Below, in pieces: positions 61,316 to 64,000 of a DNA stretch of 64,000 bases. The translations under genes were made by a program, and so were the position numbers. The stretch comes from Mustelus asterias (Eukaryota), in assembly GCF_964213995.1 (NCBI RefSeq), contig NW_027590123.1, forward strand, positions 1,550,001 through 1,614,000, read 5' to 3'. The notes below the pieces were generated by a model. The model was given only the letters and a program-made list of their open reading frames with translations, was not told the DNA's origin and ran no database searches. Numbering within the stretch: the stretch's first letter is position 1; the number at the start of each line of letters is the position of its first letter.

Positions 61316-61410
61316 GCCCCAGTGGCGCAATCGGTTAGCGCCTGGTATTTATACAGCAGTGCGTCCTGCGGGCTATGCCGAGGTTGTAAATTCGAGCCTC
61401 ATCTAAGGCG
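61316..61410 (+). tRNA. Intron-containing tRNA-Ile(TAT), several substitutions (possibly pseudogene)
   Basis: GCCCCAGTGGCGCAATCGGTTAGCGCCTGGTATTTATA-intron-ATGCCGAGGTTGTAAATTCGAGCCTCA. Confidence 0.75.
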
Positions 61411-61479
61411 CAAATGCTTTAGGTGGGACGAGTTATCGCTCGACCAGCTAACATTCTGGGGACCGCCAGGACAGCTGGT

Positions 61480-61612
61480 GGGATTTGAATACAATACGAA
61501 AAATCTGGAATTGAGAATCCATTGATGACCGTGAAAATAACAATACTAGCGAGCTAACGATCATGAACGCACTGATTTTCGACAGCGCCGTGTATTTCTG
61601 TGCCATGGAGCC
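61480..61612 (+). pseudogene. 5'-truncated TCR alpha/delta-type V segment remnant
   Basis: SIDDRENNNTSELTIMNALIFDSAVYFCAME followed by an RSS. Confidence 0.75.
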
Positions 61613-61652
61613 CACGCTGCTACAGGGATATATCGAACGCGGTACAAAAACC
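61613..61652 (+). promoter_or_regulatory. Recombination signal sequence, 23-type (CACGCTG - 24 nt - ACAAAAACC)
   Basis: Consensus nonamer, CAC heptamer directly after the YFC-A-x-x motif. Confidence 0.75.
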
Positions 61653-61827
61653 CCACACAGGCAGTTCCAGTTATTACCCAGCAGGGTGCGCTCACACACG
61701 AGCGGCTAATTCAGTTTCCACAGAGTGACGGAGATTCTCAACATTGCAACACAAAAACAACACTCCAAAACTGCAACTGGTGTGGTCCAGTTGCACAGTT
61801 ATATTAATTAATGATCGTAACTTACAG

Positions 61828-61975
61828 TTGTAGAATCATAGAATCCCTACAGTGCAGAAGAAGGCCATTCAGTCCATCGAGTTTGCGCCGACCACAAACC
61901 AACCCAGGCCCTTTCCCGTAACCCCACTGATCCCCCTTACACGAGGGTTAATTTAGCATGTCAAATGAACCTAAT
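61828..61975 (-). mobile_element. V-SINE 3' fragment
   Basis: TAGAATCCCTACAGTGCAGAAGAAGGCCATTC. Confidence 0.7.
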
Positions 61976-63123
61976 TGATATAAGATTGTTCAATCGATCT
62001 GAGATACATTAAATGGTTTTCCACACCTTTCTCTGCCTATTTGTTCCTGACTGCTCTTGTCTTTACTGATTTATGAAAATTATGCCCATTTCCATTCCCA
62101 GTCTTAAACGCAAACATTGAATGCTTTTTTTGTTACCTTGTACATTAATTCAGAACCTCTCCAATCTGCTACTCAGCTATTCGGTCCCGCTTTCCATCCA
62201 CATGACTGGTGAAGATTTCGCGTTGTATTGAATCATTTACAAACCCTAACACTCTTGTTGCGAACCTACCGGTCCGCAGTATGGAATGAAAATTGAGCTG
62301 CCGCTCTTACAGAGAGGGAGAATTATAGAATTTCCAACGTGACGTTGCTATTGAGCTCAGCTCTTTGCAGATAAATCCTACCTTTGACCACGCTGCCGAT
62401 GGCAGCTCCCACCCACAGCTTTCCTGTGCTGTTCTAACTGATCAGCCTCACATGTGCTGTTTTGTTAGAGATTTTATTGTAGATATTCAGCTTTGCTGCT
62501 TTATCCTGTTTGGCACTCTTTGGATCAGCACTCCAATGGGGGGGGGGGGGGGGGGGGGGAGGGGGGGGGAGTTTTCTTCCACTCTGAAAGAGGATTTCAC
62601 ACACTGCAGAGTTTCAAATTGAGGGAACATCATAAGGAAATATCTCAGACCATTCATTATTCTATCACGTCTTATCAAGTAGATGTTCCAACTAAAAAAA
62701 AATCATCCTCTCCCGCACCACTCCTGCTATCCCAAACATGATTAATAACAAACTGCTTCTCATGTTGCTGTAAGGATGGACATTGTCATTCTCCAGGTCA
62801 GAACAGAGCCATCAAGAGTCGGGATCAGTCTGTTGCTGGAATGCAGTTGAAGAGGAAAGTAATCCCCTTTCGTTTGATGTCCAAATTCCCTTTGCTCCTT
62901 TCATCTCTCCGCCAATAGGATGAATTGCAGATAAAGGAGCTGCGAGATCATTGGTGCATTGAAGAACAAAAGAACAAGAAGCCGATAGGATGTCATCTGA
63001 TGACGTTTTCAGTAAATCAATAAACAGTGACCTGGATGTGACTCAACTTCTTCCCAACACTTGACTAAAACAATTTCAGCTTCAACCCCCTCTGGTCAAA
63101 TCCGCCGCGAGCTCTCTGCAAAC

Positions 63124-63951
63124 ATGTCTCCTGTTACTCTGTATTTATTCCTCACAGTGGCAGCTCTTTTAACCGGTAAATTCACAAGTTGCTCAACTCT
63201 GTGTTACACATCGTAACCACTCAGTATATTCTGCCGGGCAGTTCGCTCACTGCAAGGGGGAGGGATTAGGTTAATGTCCCCCTGGGAATGAGAGAGAATG
63301 AGTTGGGCTGAGATTCAAGCTCCTCTGATACCAGTAAATGACTTTGGCAAACATCAAACTTCAAACACACAAACAGTGAGCAGTTTCCAATTATAGGGAC
63401 TGAAGGTGAGGACCTGACCTCGTTAGAAAGAATAGAATATTTACGATTGAAGTTTTATTTAATTACCACAAGCACCTCCCGCTCCAGCCGCTGAACTGTG
63501 TTATTTCTCTCTGCGGTTATTGTTCAAGCTGACGGCTGATTCAGTTTTTTTGGGCGGTGGGAGGGGGCGTGGGGGGGGGGGGGGCGGCGGGGGTGATGGT
63601 ATGGGGACACAATGAAGTCTTTTTATTTAGTTTAATATTTCTTTGGGTTCATACAGAACATTGTGGAGGAGATTCTGTTTCACAGGCACCGGCAGCGGTC
63701 ACAGTCACTGAAGGAGATGATGTTCAGTTGTTCGGTAATTAATTCAACTTCAAGCAACACTCCTTACTTATTCTGGTCCGTCCGTAATCTTGTGGCTCCT
63801 TGGAGTATCTACTGTTGAGATATAGATACAGCGAGGACACACAGAGATCGCCAGGGGACCGATTTTCACCGGAGCTCAATGATACTGTCCCGCTGAAAGT
63901 TTCTAAAACAGAGCTGGCAGACTCCGGGGTGTATTACTGCGCACTGAGTCC
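63124..63951 (+). pseudogene. TCR alpha/delta-type V pseudogene: leader exon 63124-63175, V exon 63657-63951
   Basis: Leader MSPVTLYLFLTVAALLT + G|GT; acceptor CATACAG; GDSVSQAPAAVTVTEGDDVQL, YLFW, LEYLLLR, DRFS, ELADSGVYYCALSP; first Cys lost, stop and frameshifts. Confidence 0.85.
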
Positions 63952-63990
63952 CAGAGATACACAGAGCAGGGCTGAACCGGTACAAAGACT
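63952..63990 (+). promoter_or_regulatory. Degenerate 23-RSS (CAGAGAT - 23 nt - ACAAAGACT)
   Basis: Spacer exactly 23 nt; heptamer has lost the essential CAC. Confidence 0.65.
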
Positions 63991-64000
63991 CTCAGAATCT

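Noticed and set aside
62538-62570. Poly-G run giving a Gly-rich ORF
   Set aside because: Homopolymer tract; length may be a sequencing artefact

Overview
Repeat-rich vertebrate DNA, almost certainly from a shark or other cartilaginous fish (inferred from HE1/V-SINE-type SINEs, HER1/CR1-type LINEs and GPR139-like paralogues). Genes: two intact, convergent two-exon GPR139/142-like class A GPCRs (+ 2293..8232; - 34519..41789) whose proximal promoters share an NF-kB-like site next to a TATA box, and, at the right end, two T-cell-receptor alpha/delta-type V pseudogene segments with 23-type RSSs. Mobile elements: a two-LTR endogenous retrovirus (17731..23416, tRNA-Leu PBS, gamma-type env, large gag-pol deletion), many CR1 LINEs (one nested), a Rex1 LINE, SINEs, and Penelope remnants with minimal hammerhead ribozymes. 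Other: several minisatellites (one apparently SINE-derived) and a segmentally duplicated cluster of mostly decayed tRNA genes (26-61 kb). The most unusual object is a ~350-bp A-tailed, highly structured insertion at 54598..54949 with two U2 snRNA 5' heads, a candidate U2-derived SINE or non-autonomous U2-targeting retroposon. All calls were made by eye; many repeat boundaries are approximate.
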